Position numbers and translations under genes: made by a program. A stretch of 64,000 nucleotides of DNA from Epiperipatus broadwayi (taxonomy: Eukaryota; Animalia; Onychophora). Positions 1 through 13,149 of this stretch are shown here, one piece after another (within the stretch, counting starts at the first letter, position 1; each line of letters begins with the position of its first letter). The stretch spans positions 3,534,001-3,598,000 of the forward strand of contig JAQFVV010000005.1 in assembly GCA_028023455.1 (NCBI GenBank). The letters are read 5' to 3'. The notes below the pieces were generated by a model. It was not told the DNA's origin, did not search any database, and saw nothing but the letters and a program-made list of their open reading frames with translations.

Positions 1-156
1 CCTCCCCCTTATCATTCATCATCCTTTCAGTTACAATATATTTATACATACACATAAATGTTATAATATTTTATGTTCTCCAAAACTTGAGCGGAGAAAG
101 CCATTATGAAAAGGTATTTTTAAAAATAATACATATTTTTAACATAATAGCATTGA

Positions 157-700
157 GTTAACTTTTAGTGACTTCTTGCCAGATTCAAAGTGCAGAAGTG
201 ATTAACTAATAATCCTGGGAGTAGGCTGAATATATAGTTTATAAAATAGTCAAATAATTGCAATGAGAAATGTAAATTATAAAAGTCAGTTCTATTTTGC
301 TGGCAAAGGAACACAAGACTCCTTCCTGTTATTGAATTTGGGTCTCTTGCTATAATGCATCTTCTGAACATTACTAAAAACAGAACTCCATTTGAACATG
401 AACCTCCAATCATTTATAAAATTTCATGCCCATCTCCGACATTTAGAGTGTCCTATTACAGGGAGTCTTGAGTTACTAAATCTACAAGAATTGGCCAGCA
501 AAGGCAAAACAAGATTGGAAATATAAATCAATTTTCCTGGAGCACAAACTTGCTACAGGACACAAGTTTTCCCCTTCTATTACTCCCATCTACACAGAGA
601 GAGATAATCATAAAAGAAAGTTCAAGAAGCATGGACTGTTTATTGCAAGAGACCTGAATTTGATCAACAGGAAGGGGTCTGGCATCTTGTTGTCAAAAAA
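157..700 (-). pseudogene. Degraded non-LTR retrotransposon ORF2 C-terminal fragment
   Basis: Broken frames resemble the post-RT tail of CR1/L2-group LINEs (RRCIIARDPNSITGRSLVFLC). No catalytic motif is seen. Confidence 0.3.
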
Positions 701-1350
701 ATGAAAAATCTGACTTTTATAATTTATATTTCTTATTGCAATAATTTGTATATTTTATAAACGATATTTTTTTTATCCTGTTCCATACAATGTTAGTTAA
801 TTAATTTTGTACATGGATTCTGGTGAGAAGTCACTGAAAGTAAGTTAATATATATATGATTTAAAAATATGTTTCTATAATGGCTTGACTCAGCTCAAGT
901 TTTTGGAGTATTTCATTAGGATATAAAAAAAAGTCTAAAATTATATAATTACAATAATTTATTTTATAACTTTAAAACATTAAACATTTCAAAACATTTT
1001 TTTTTCTGAAAAAGAAATCAAAAAACAATGGTCCAATTTTTTTTTTTTAAAAAAAAAAAAACAGATTAATTACAAATTATAGATAAAAAAGTGATTTGCT
1101 TTTTTTAAATTACTTTATAAATAAACTTTCCAATATTATTTTTTATATAACTGTTGTAGTGTATACAGATGTTTAGACTTCACTTTCACAAGTTTTCTTA
1201 TTTAAAAAATTGTAAAATACACATATCTACACTTTGAGAATAAAGGAAAACTATTTTGTAGTCAATTCCTATTGTTTTTGCTTATTTTAGAAATGTATAT
1301 ACTACTACTATTAGGCAATGCATATATATTTTCTGCTGTTTTTTTATTAA

Positions 1351-2245
1351 TCCTCTCACAAGATTTTGATTTGCTTTGTTCTCAGTTTCTGTAAATATTT
1401 AACATTAAATTTAGGATTAAACTATTATGACTTATCAGAAAATAATTATTTTGACTTCATTTGGTAGATAGTTTTATTTAATACTGAAATAGATTTTAAA
1501 TATTCACATTTTATTTCTAAAAATATTTAAAAAATGAATTTGTAATGAAAACAAAAAGCTTCATATGTCATTCTTTCTAGAAAAGTTACTTTCATTTTCC
1601 AAAATCAACTATATCTTCATTATTAGTCATTTCTTTTTAAAATCTGAATGAATATTTATTTATTTATTTTAAGTCTAATGAATTATGCTTTAAAAATTTA
1701 AAAATTTTAAATATTTATTGTAACATTGTGATATTTTTATACTCATTATTATAATTAGACAAGTTACATAGGAAGATAACCATGTATATAAGGTTAGAGT
1801 ATATTTGCATTGTCCAATAATATAATGTTCTATTTCTGAAAATAAAGTATTTCCATTCAAAATAAATTGTTAATGATTTATTTTCTTGATTTGTAATAAA
1901 TATTGTATAAATTATTGTATAAAAAGTATCTAGAATTTTAATAAATTTGCAAATAAACATGTTTTTTGTTATTCAAACTATTTTTTCTAATGAATATCAT
2001 AAAAATGGTGACATCAAAAATGTGGCTGCAAAAGCACATTATCAAGACCATTAAAAGGTGGAGCTAAACCTTATTAGGTGGTGAACTTTCAATTTTTTTT
2101 GCCATCTATGAATTTTTTCAAACTAAAATTTTATATAACAATATATATAAACAATGTACATATTTCAATAAAAGGTTTGTGAAAATTCTCACTGGGTTGC
2201 AAATTACTAAAAACACTTGAAAATTCAGATCAATACATCCAAGGA
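1351..2245. mobile_element. piggyBac-type MITE, copy A
   Basis: TTAA|TCCT ... AGGA|TTAA termini (TTAA at 1347-1350 and 2246-2249). The interior is colinear with 59262-60149 (e.g. acttatcagaaaa, ttttgacttcattt, aataaatttgcaaataaacatgtttt). Lengths are 895 vs 888 bp. Confidence 0.65.
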
Positions 2246-3266
2246 TTAATAAAGTTTGATGTCTATTAGTTTTTATTAAAATTAATTCTTTTCATAGATA
2301 TAAATTTAGGAGTTTTATTTTATTTTACTGATAAACTTCAATATATTTATCAATAAATCCTTATATAAGACATCTTAATTTTAGAGTTGCTTTCTTTGAA
2401 GAGTTTATCTGTAGTTGTTTTAATTAGGGAATTCCTTTGTTTACACCATTTTGTTCCTGTTGAATGATTTCCCCAGTATACTGATTCTTTTCTTACACAA
2501 ATATTGTTATCCCCAGTATCATACCATTTGGATATTGTTCGAATTTCATATACTTTTAAAAAACTCGTGATGAATTATTTGAATCTCTAATATCTGCTTT
2601 CTTCCCAAGAAGAAATAATTTGAATTATCCAGTTTATTAAACAATGATAATAATTAATATACAAAATACCTATTTTTTCTGTTGTGTGATTAGTGAATCT
2701 ATGTTTGTTCATAAGGCTGTCATATAATGTGAATGTATATTGATTCATGAGGCAGTCACATGTCAAACCATTGAAAAATCATAAAAAAAAATTAAATTTG
2801 TTTTTTTATGAGCATTTTATGCTAAGGAAGTAAATCCACCATTAATAATTTTTACAAAATAGTCGTTTGTGGTCAAATCCACATATCAACTATAACAGAT
2901 ATATTTAAAAATTTCAATTTCAATTTAGCTTTATTAATCCCTTGCCAGCTACATTTCTGAAAGCGGGATTGTTTTAAATCTTTTTTTTTTTTCAATTTTA
3001 TAATTGGGAATTAATTTTTCATATTTATTTATATGTCAAATTCACAGGGTAATAATCTGGTTACAAAACAATTATTAAAATCAAACGTTATATATATATA
3101 TATATATAGTGATATTTATATAGACTGAAAAATTATAAGCCAATAACAAATCATAATACAAAAATGACCAGATACATGTATCATGCTTAATTTACATTAA
3201 ATGTTAAAAAAAATTGGTAAAGCAACCATTTAAAAAAGGTCTTTATAGATGGGGTACATCTAGTCA

Positions 3267-3280
3267 TAATGATGATGATG

Positions 3281-3356
<76 letters not shown>

Positions 3357-3384
3357 TTTAATAATGATGATGATGATGATAATG
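3267..3384. repeat. Compound (GAT)n/(AAT)n microsatellite
   Basis: A long perfect AAT run is flanked by GAT runs. Confidence 0.95.
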
Positions 3385-4589
3385 AATACTGAGATAATAT
3401 TATAAACCAATTCCAAACCACAAATCCATCTACATATAAAATATGTCCTTCTATGAATCTATTTATTTGAAATTTTGCTATGCTCTCTTTTAACATGTAT
3501 TACACCCAATTTACCTTGAATAATTGTAGTTCTCTGTACTCTGCCATAACTTCCTAATAAAAGCAACCAGTATTCAATTTCTTTACACTGACTTTGAATT
3601 AATTTTTATAATAAGAAAGGGATCTCTCACAAACAAAGCTCTAGTTGCTATAAAATACTTTTTTAAAAAGTTTATTGCTGTTCATTTTTTTCATAGTTTA
3701 ATCCAATAAAGAAATGAATTTACAAATGTATTCTATAGTGTCTTATCTATCAAGCCAAAAATCATACTGGCTTATGATTTTTGGCATTTTGTTTTAAGAA
3801 TTTTGCATCATCTTTAAATAAATATTTTAATGCCTTAGTCACTTCAATAAAGAGATCAAATCATATTTCCATGGTGACAATGGTTATTCTGCAATGCGTT
3901 TGAAGATTTATATTATTATTTACACTATAATGCTTCCTCAAATTTCTCAAATTAATGTCTATGCAAGTTAAAAGTGGCTGAAACCACAATTTTTATTATT
4001 ATCTGATAATTGTTTTAATTTTATTCAGTATTAAATACTATACATTCATACATTAAATACATTTAGATGATTTCCATTTGAAGTGATATAAATAGCTTAA
4101 GCTACCTACCCTTGATCTCCAAGATAGTGAATAATGGAATGAGCAAATATGAAAACTAACAAATAAACAGTGACTGAATAAGAGTATCTCCTGTTGCTTT
4201 GTAGAATAGGATGTGAGTCCATCAAAGATTGCATAGCATTTTTGAAACAATCAATATTTTCTGTTTTTCTTTTTTTCCATACTGTATTTAGCCATTCATG
4301 ATTATTAGCACATTCCAAGCCATCTGTCACTTTCCTATACTTACTTGGACAATGAAATTTTCACCCTTTAACTATATGCTCTGCAATTCTTAATCCAGCT
4401 TCTTTTTTTAGTTCAATCTCTCAAGAATTACAATGCAATAAAGGGGTAAGGCTCAGTAAGATGGAAATTGTAATTTTTGACAAGGTGGTAAAATTATAAT
4501 GAGTCATGTTGAAACAGAATTTGAGATAGAAGTTTCAGTAGAGCAAAAATTGTATATTTAAACAGTTCTGTTTAGGAATACTCTATCTG

Positions 4590-4950
4590 CTATTGAAACA
4601 GAAGAGTCCTAAAAAATATAGTTCCATAGTCTGTCTCATACAATTTGACAAGCTTATTATACATGGAAGATTATTCATTAAAGAAACAGAAATAATAGTA
4701 ATGGTAGTAGTGAAAATTGATAATGGTACCTGTGCTTATTGTAATTGTGTCTATAATAGAATATTAGATTCAATAACTGACAGCAAAAAGATTTTTATTC
4801 TTTGTTTAAAAATTGATTTTTTTTTTCTTGGAGATTTTATGCATATGTTGGTACAAACACTAGATTTGGTCCAAAGTTTGTTTATATTATAAAATAATAT
4901 AAATAGATGTAAATGAAATTAATTAAGAGTATAATAAAATGGGAAATGAT
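4590..4950 (+). pseudogene. Decayed PLE C-terminal (Cys-rich linker / GIY-YIG) remnant
   Basis: GTCAYCNC and, in a shifted frame, FYAYVGTNTR (YIG-like). It lies just upstream of an HHR and a PLE RT remnant, which fits a partial-tandem PLE layout. Confidence 0.35.
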
Positions 4951-5057
4951 TATTTATAATGGTCAGGTTAAGATATATGTTTGATTATGTGCATTAAGAT
5001 GTATGTTTAATTATGTATATAAATACATCTATTTTACAATATTTGGATTTTGCAGAT

Positions 5058-5096
5058 CTGATGATGACTGCAAGATAGTCGAAACTGTAAGAATAT
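5058..5096 (+). ncRNA. Minimal hammerhead motif in a putative PLE pseudo-LTR
   Basis: CTGATGA-T-GACT(gcaagat)AGTC-GAAA-C-T-GTA: the core, a 4-bp helix II and a GUA triplet are present. Helix I pairs (ATTTT/AGAAT) only if 6 nt (GCAGAT) are looped out. Confidence 0.6.
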
Positions 5097-5399
5097 AGTT
5101 TCAATATAAAAAATAGCATTGTTGAAATATATAAAGTTGGAAAAGGGATTGTTAGTGTAAGCTCAGATGATCTGCTAATATTGAGTTTTTGCACCATATA
5201 TGAATTGACTCTAACAAACACTGTTAGATACAAAATCACTATAAAGAAGCATGAGTACATTCACACATAAAATAATAGCATTTAATATATTATACAGTAG
5301 TTAGAAGTGCAAGTGTTAAGCACTCATAACTGTAGATTGTTGAAAGGATCATAGGTTAATATGTTCAATGTTATAATAATATTTGCATCAAAAAGTAGT

Positions 5400-7330
5400 T
5401 CGTATTCTAAATATAATTACAAAAAAGAGATGTTTATTTTTTAGAATGTCTTCTACTTATACTAAATTTCAATAACTATTAAGCATTAAAATTTAGTAAT
5501 TTTCTCTTTTAAAATTGTTATGATACTGAGATATGAAATTGTTTAAGGAAGCTATTATAGATATAATTAAATCTATTCTTAGTTCATTATAAGAGGAGAC
5601 TTATGATATAGTTTCCTAATGGTGATCTATTTATTAAAGTCTTCATTAAAAGAAAATTTAGCTTTTAGAATAAGTATACAGATTTAAAAGCAGAAGTTCA
5701 CCAACTAACAAGAAGGCTTAAAAATGATTGGTGAATTAAAACTACAAAGAAACTACAGACTTCATTGATCATGCTCAGTGTAAATCTTTCCTTTTTTTTT
5801 TTTTTTTGAAGTACTAAAAGCAAACAATCGATCTGAGAAATAGTATCATAATTCTATTAAATAACAATAATATCTTTAATAAGATCAAGATGTATTTTGA
5901 TTATATTTTGAGTAATGATACAAGAAATGAGATGATGCCTTCAAAATAATATATCCATTCAGATTTGGACAAAATTATTTATCTTACTGAAGTCAAAATC
6001 AGTTTTCAGCTTTTTAAAAAGGTAACACTATGGATCATGATGATATACCTGGAGAAGATTTAAACTAAAATATATTGGCTTCAAAGGTATTAAGTTTTAG
6101 AAAATTAATATATGGCTTCAAATTGTTGCTTATCTCAAGAATGCTATTTTATTTTAATTATTAAAAATAAAGGGCATAGTTAAGAGTACAGTACTGGAAT
6201 TATTCATTACACAAAGGCATGTTAAAGTATATTGTTGAATAGGTTGCTTTCAGTAAAGTGTAAATAGTATCATGGTTTTAAAGAGTCAAAAAGCATTACA
6301 GATATAGCATTTGTTGTTAGGCAAACTCAAGGTATCTGACTCAATAATTTTAATAGGACTATGACATTGTTTAAAATTCAATTATTGTCTACTAAATTTT
6401 ATTTATAATTATACAGTTTCTACAAGATGGAAACTAGAGAAATTATTATTTTTGTAATTGGAAATAAGATATTTGAGATGAAAGGAATGTTAAACAAGAA
6501 TGTATACTTGTTCTGATATTGTTTTTAATTTTTTTCAACAATGGTCTTTGGGTCTGTTTATATGTTTCTTAATGAACCAAGGATAATGATACAATATAGA
6601 TTTTATAATGAATTTTTTGTTAGAGTTTACAAATTGCAAAAATAAATAAGAACTTCATTTTCTTGAGTTCTGGATTTACAGTACATTGATGATTATGTTA
6701 TTTTCTAGTTCAAAAGACGATCTACAAAATATTCTTAATGCTTTAAATACAACATATAAATAATTTATGTAGTTATTAATATTGAAAAAAAAATTTTCAG
6801 CAACTTTTAGTTTAGATAGTTATAATTTTAAGAAAGTAATAATATTTAAATATTTTGGTAGCTTTTTAGACAGTGGATTTACATGTTAAGGTTTGGACAG
6901 ACTCCAATATAATACTGTTTTTAACAAATTAAAAGATGAAATATTTTATCACAATAAAATAACTGCAATTAAATTATTTGTTCATAGAGCAGTTATGTTA
7001 TAATTTATTCAAACCCGATACTCCATCAGTGTAATATAAAGCATTAGAAGGGTTTCATTTAAGGAAAACAATCAATCTGTTTTTCAACTTTCTAAATGTG
7101 ATACTTTACAATTTATTATTCCACTATTATAAAAATTATGTTTTTTGGATTGGTTATACATAATTAATAATAATATAACATTTTTAAAAGGGTATTTTAT
7201 GATAAACTTCAGCTTGTTTTTATGGAAGAGGTAGAACATATTTATCTTATAAACATTATCTCAAAAATATTCTAAAGAAGTGTATTGTTGATTCCTTTCA
7301 TTATAAAGACATATCTGAAGAACAATTAGT
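5400..7330 (+). pseudogene. Heavily degraded Penelope-like reverse transcriptase
   Basis: YIDD at 6682-6693 preceded by FWIY (frameshifted), and thumb-like KLFVHRAVML at ~6971-7000. Many stops. Confidence 0.55.
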
Positions 7331-7497
7331 TACGATTTTGTAAATATTTTAGAAAAAAAAAGTTTAGTGCAGAATAAGTTAAAAAGCATCATTGCAAAAT
7401 ATCTAAAAACAGAATAAAGAGCTAGATGTTCATTATGTGGATGTATTTGTAATCCAGAATTGTTTTGTATCATCATTACAAAACCCATATCTAGTGT

Positions 7498-7560
7498 ATT
7501 ATTATTGTTGTTGTTATTATTATTATTACTATTACTATTATCATCATCATCATCATTATT
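7498..7560. repeat. Compound (TAT/TGT/CAT)n microsatellite
   Basis: Trinucleotide runs are visible directly. Confidence 0.9.
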
Positions 7561-8878
7561 TTTCCTATTTTGTCTTTTTAACATTTTCTTTTGAAGTTGC
7601 AGTGGCCATGAGTGGCTATTTAATCGAGAAGATAAAAAAAGTTATATACAATAATAATCTTACAACCATTTCCTCAGAGAACATGTAATGTTCAAGCACC
7701 AAAATAACAGGTGGGGCGAAATAGTTTCATCCACACGGGGGAAATAGTTATTTTATTTCCTTCTGCTTCGCTATTCTATCAAACTTCTCAAGGTGATTAA
7801 CCACATACCTCATAGAATAATTAATCAATTTATAATGATAATATGAGCAAATGAACTCAGGTCTTTGTTTATTATTCCATTATTTTTATCACTGAAATCA
7901 CTTTCATCATCCTGTAATGTCAACTCTACAATAGTTTTAATATTTTTTTAAAATTCTATTTACAATTTTTTATATTCATCTAGTTTTAATAATATACATA
8001 GTAAAAATAATTACTCTTTTTTTCGTTATTAATAATGTTGTAAATCGGTCTAATTATGATGATCAACATACCCATAGAGGACAATGTACAAAATAATCAT
8101 AATATTTTTATGCAAATCTATAAACAATTTGGTTTAGCAATTAACATTAAAAAAACTTACATATTTGAATAATCAATAATAAACTCATCATCAGTCATGG
8201 CATTACATTACATTGACAATACACTGTTATCACAAATTGTTAATTGATTTTACTAAAATAAAAATATATATTATAGAAGATTATTTTATTATAAAATTTA
8301 TCTTCTTATATATATGCTTTTTTTAATAACTTTCGTTATACAACGCTGGAATCAATATATATATATTTAATAATGAAGCAACATAAAAAATTAAAAAAAG
8401 AAAAATTTAAATATTATTAAGTGGGATTCATACTTATTAAATTTATATATAAACTCATATCAAGTTATCAGATATATTTTATTAACAAAATAGTCTAATC
8501 TGGATCTCAAGATTCACTGATCACAATTCCATTTCCTTACTTCCGAAGCATGAAATTTTTATAAACTTTCAAACAGTACATCAATAGAGTAATAGATTTC
8601 TTCATGATACATGTACTATGAACACAACTCCATTATATCAGATAATCATTTTTTTAATGAAGTCCCATGTAATAGTCTATCCGATTATTTGTATATTAAA
8701 TACTAACATTTATTTTAAAAATTGGAAATTATATTTTTTATTATAGTTATATACATTAATTTTATAATAAAGATTAAATATGAAGAGTTGTAAAAATTGA
8801 AGCATGTCCATTAAAGTTTGAAAGTTTGCTATTTTAATATGATCACTGATTATATATAAATGGGAGATGATGATTTGG

Positions 8879-8920
8879 ACCAACTGATGAGTACTGGTTC
8901 AGCACAAAATACACATATTG
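8879..8920 (+). ncRNA. Family Y hammerhead, decayed
   Basis: accaa CTGATGA gtactg gtt cagcac AAAA tacacata ttg. G12 is changed to A. Confidence 0.7.
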
Positions 8921-9410
8921 CATCAGTTATATAAGATAGAGTGGATAGCTGAAAGGAGCTTGAAAGCCTGTTTTCAAATCCCCTCTAATTACATAATAAG
9001 TCAACATTTTTTTATTCAAGTATTTATACTTATATATATATATATATATATTTCAAACAACATAAGTATCTTATTATTTTTAAAAATACATAGACATGTA
9101 AATTATAAACATATTTCAAGATGCATATGTACATAAATTATGCCTCATCAATTGATCCATGTCATTAAGTTTTATATGTCTATTGCCATTGTTTCTACTT
9201 ATTTAATGCTATAAATATATATATATAAGGGACTTGAACTCAGACATTTAAGCTCCTTACAGCCATCCAATCAATTTTATACAACTGATACACATTACAA
9301 AAAAATCAAGTCAGATGTCACATGACCTAATTTAAAAAGCTTGTATTTACAAATGTTATATATAGAGCTCACAAAATAAGCTCTTAACAAACTTTGCAGA
9401 ATATCCTCAA

Positions 9411-9448
9411 CTCCAGACCATTTTCTGCTACTGCCATCCTCAGTGAAA
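9411..9448 (-). ncRNA. Family Z hammerhead, unit 1
   Basis: Reverse complement: tttca CTGAGGA tggcagtagca GAAA atg GTC tggag. Confidence 0.7.
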
Positions 9449-9724
9449 TGCTAGGATATTCAAGCATTATATTAAAAATATCAGGACAAGCCCAGCACTT
9501 TAGATAATGTATAACTATTAAGTAGAAATTCTGAAATTTTCAGACATCCATATGTCTTCCAATCCAGCTACTTAAATAGCCATATTAGACTGAACTAAGT
9601 TCAGATATTAGCAAAAAATAAAACACATGGCCTAATTTAATAAGCTTGTATTTACAAATGTTCCAAATGTTATATATAGAGCTTGCAAAATAAGCTCTTA
9701 ACAAGATTTGCAGAATATCTTCAA

Positions 9725-9762
9725 CCCTAGACCGCTTCCTGCTACTGGTGTCCTCAGTGAGG
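9725..9762 (-). ncRNA. Family Z hammerhead, unit 2, decayed
   Basis: Reverse complement: cctca CTGAGGA caccagtagca GGAA gcg GTC taggg. Confidence 0.6.
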
Positions 9763-10083
9763 TACTAGGATATTTAATCATTAGATCAGAACTTTATATA
9801 ATGTATAACTATTAAGTAGAAAATCTGAAATTTTCAGACATCCATATGTCTTTCAATCCAGCTATCTAACTTAAATAGCCATATAGGATTGAATTAAGTT
9901 TAGATACACCATATATTAATATATTTAGCAATATAAAATTGCCAAAGCCTTAATAGCAAAAAATAAAATTACAAAAACATCAAGTTGGATGTCACATTAT
10001 CTAATTTTATAAGCTTGTATTTACAAATGTTATATATAGAGCTCGCAAAATAAGCTCTTAACAAGCTTTGCAGAATATCCCAA

Positions 10084-10121
10084 CCCCAGACCAGTTTCTG
10101 CTACTGACATCCTCAGTGAGG
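10084..10121 (-). ncRNA. Family Z hammerhead, unit 3, intact core
   Basis: Reverse complement: CCTCA CTGAGGA TGT(cagta)GCA GAAA C(tg)GTC TGGGG. It has a 5-bp helix I, a 3-bp helix II, a 2-bp helix III and a GUC triplet. Confidence 0.8.
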
Positions 10122-10187
10122 TGCTAGGATATTCAAGCATTATATTAATACACATGAACACATATATGTGAAAAAGATAAATGATCT

Positions 10188-10230
10188 CCAATATATGTAT
10201 TTTGTACTGAACCAGCATTCATCAATTGAT
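10188..10230 (-). ncRNA. Family Y hammerhead, decayed
   Basis: Reverse complement: atcaa TTGATGA atgctggttcagtac AAAA tacatata ttgg. Confidence 0.6.
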
Positions 10231-10697
10231 ATAGATCACTGTCTCTCACACTTATATACAATGAGTGCTTAATTTATATTAATATAGAAAATCTTCAAAC
10301 TTTAATGAACAAGGTTCAATCTTCTCCACTATCCAACTCTTCAGCCATTCATATCATTGAAAATCCAAGGATGGAATGCTCAAAACCATTGCTGATGCCA
10401 ATATTAATTTTCATACCTATGTTGACCTTAAGTCAATCTGACCTTTCACATGTATATTGAAGATAATTTATCTTTTTGACATTATGTGGTCATGTGTATC
10501 AGTCATATAAGTTGGATTGGATAGTTGTAGGAAGATTGAAAGTCTCAGTTCATGTCTTTTATAATTACATTAAGTTTTGTACAGAAAATATACATGTATT
10601 TTAATATTATATATATATATATACACAAAATAATCCAGTCAAGAGGTAGATTCATTAGTGATCACTAATTATATATAAATGGGAGATGATGATTTGG

Positions 10698-10740
10698 ACC
10701 AACTGATGAGTGCTGGTTCAGCACAAAATACACATTTTGG
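10698..10740 (+). ncRNA. Family Y hammerhead, decayed
   Basis: accaa CTGATGA GTGCTG(gtt)CAGCAC AAAA tacacatt ttgg. Helix II is perfect; G12 is changed to A. Confidence 0.75.
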
Positions 10741-11449
10741 AGAAAATTTATCTTTTTCACATGTACGTGGTCATGTGCATCAGTTATATAAGATAGAATG
10801 GATATAAGATAGAATGGATAGCTGAAGGGAGCTTGAAAGCCTGTTTTCAAATCCCCTCTAATTACATAATAAGTCAACTTTTTTTATTCAGGTATTCATA
10901 CTTATATATTTTTCAAACAGCATATGTCTCATTATTTTTAAAAATACATAGACATGAAAAGTATAAACATACTTCAAGATGCATATGTACATAAATTATC
11001 CCTCATCAATTGATCCATGTCATTAAGCCTTATATGTCCATTGCCATAGTTTCTACTTATTTAATGATATAAATATATATAAGGGACTTGCACTCAGACT
11101 TTCAAGCTCCCTATAGCTATCCAATCAATTTTATACAACTAATACACATTACAAAACAAAATCAAGTCAGATGTCACATGATCTAATTTAAAAAGCTTGT
11201 ATTTATCTTTTTGACATGTATGTGGTCATGTATATCAATCATATAAGTTGGATTGGATAATTGTAGGGAGATTGGAAGTCTCAGTTCATGTCCCTTATAA
11301 TTACATTAAGTTTTGTATAAAAATATACATGTATTATATATATATATATACCTACAAAGAATCCAGTCAAGAGGTAGATTCACTAGTGATTTTATATATC
11401 ACTCAATTCTGCTACCATAGCCATAATTAACTGCATAATTATGGATTAT

Positions 11450-12560
11450 ATTTGTCCCTCTCTACATAGATTAGTGGCTGTTAAACTTCATTTATGAAGC
11501 AGATGACACAATGGCAATGAGTTGTCTCATAATCTATTTATGTGAGCCTAATAATATCCTACTTGGTTTGATGCAATGGTAGACTGGTTGACTTTGGCAC
11601 TTAAGATTCATGGATTGCATTCAACTCTGTCACTTCGGCATAACCCTCTTTTATACTACCAAGTAATAAATCCAATTGGCTATTTAGCTTTGTTCCAGTG
11701 AGGACAAAGAGGCTCAAAATGAGTTGACTTTATATGCAAAATGAAATTTGTTTGAAATCTTGTGAGAAATCTGTTTTATACCATAGTTCATTGTTTATAG
11801 ATTTTTGGTTGAACATCTAGAAAGAATATCTTAATCTGAGGTGACTTTTGAGTGATAAAACTATATCTTCAATAATAGGCAAGTCATATTGTTTAACAGT
11901 TTTGTTCATTTTTTTGGGATACAACTTCCTTTTTTATATATGGTGGAGAAATAGTTAAAGAAATAAGTAGCCATTGCAAAGAAATAGCTTTTTTCCAGTA
12001 ATAAAATTGATTATCAAGAAGTTTAGTATGGGTACATTTTTTTCAAACAGGCAAAGCATTCAACATTAGAATAGCCCAGTACTAAAGAAACTAAGTGTAA
12101 AGTTCTTGCATCACAATTCTAAATAATGCTAGCTAGATTTCCAAGGAGGTTATTTATATAAATTGATTTAGTTCTAATCTTATATAAATGAAAAAAAGTA
12201 GGCCAAGACTTTTAATATTCTTCACTCTTAAATAGTAAGTTGTAAGATAATGCTTTATTTATTGTTGTAAAACATCATATTAACATTATAAATGTTTTCT
12301 TATTGTTTAGATGAAAAGCTGAGCATATTATATTTCTTGAATTAGAAATAAAAACACAACCTTTATAAATATTTCCAATCTATTATTATGTTTATTGAAA
12401 TACTTTCCTATTTTTGGAAAAGATATCCTTGTGGAGTCAAAGTGATGTCATCAGCATAGATAAATTTGCTGCACCCTCTACCCAGATATCACTGATGAAC
12501 ATATTAAATGAAGGTAAGATAATTGAATGCTGTGGAATACCATTCTGTAAAATTGTGTAT
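11450..12560 (-). pseudogene. Degraded LINE RT, Ingi/Vingi-like
   Basis: SKFIYADDI (YADDI codons at 12444-12458). Downstream LVLGYSNVEC...HTKLLDNQ resembles the LALVYS.AEYCAPVW...HTKLVD motif. Confidence 0.6.
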
Positions 12561-13149
12561 CTAGTATGATTGTTATTTAATAATACTTTAATTTTTATAT
12601 TTTAAATAAATTAATGTTTTCCTGCAGTTAAAAATTTAAGATGAAGCTGATGTTAAAATAACAAAGATAACATTAGTTTTTAATTTATTTGGCATGACTT
12701 TTCAAAGTGAGTTATTAAAAGTAAAATTGTTTATAGCAGTTTCTTCCTGGATTAAATTTAGCTCTCTATAGGTACATAGCTATCAACTACTAATGAAAGT
12801 TTTGTTAATATGTCTCTTCTAAGTAGCTTTTAGGATACATTATAAATATGTTGGATTTTTTTTTTCACTCATAATTAAGTTTATTTGTTTTTAAGATTGC
12901 TATAGATTTGTTTTTATGCCAAAATTTTAGATTTTCCATAAGGAAAATGTTTTTGAATAGTTTTGACAACCACATATTAGCTTTAAGTTTTAAATTATCA
13001 ATTAAAGTTTTAAAAAATTATGAAAATATGCTGTCTATTCCTGGAGTCGTTCTTGATTTATATCAATCAAGAATAAGTTTAAGTGAACTAACATCTACTC
13101 ATTCATATTTATTAATTTGCATTAAAGGAAGAGTGTAAAAGGGAAGCTC

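Larger units (their letters stand above)
8842..11400. mobile_element. Composite cluster of HHR repeats (families Y and Z) with tandem and inverted duplications
   Basis: 8842-9345 is duplicated at ~10658-11205 and ~10470-10660 at ~11205-11400. Three tandem Z units span ~9312-10150. Six HHR motifs in total. Confidence 0.85.

Noticed and set aside
3214-3496. Poly-Asn and poly-Tyr ORFs (also 7330-7688)
   Set aside because: They are reading-frame artefacts of trinucleotide microsatellites.
3700-4330. Possible RT remnant (YLFKDDAKF)
   Set aside because: There is one weak motif and no supporting RT blocks in order.
9100-9158. Minus-strand TTGATGA...GAAATATG (duplicated near 10965-11015) as a further HHR
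   Set aside because: The core is altered and helices I and III do not pair convincingly.
9312-10150. CRISPR-like array
   Set aside because: The units are 310-360 nt homologous monomers, not short repeats with unique spacers, and there are no cas genes.
12422-12520. Apparent exon with a strong GAAG|GTAAGA donor
   Set aside because: It is the antisense of a LINE RT YADD region.
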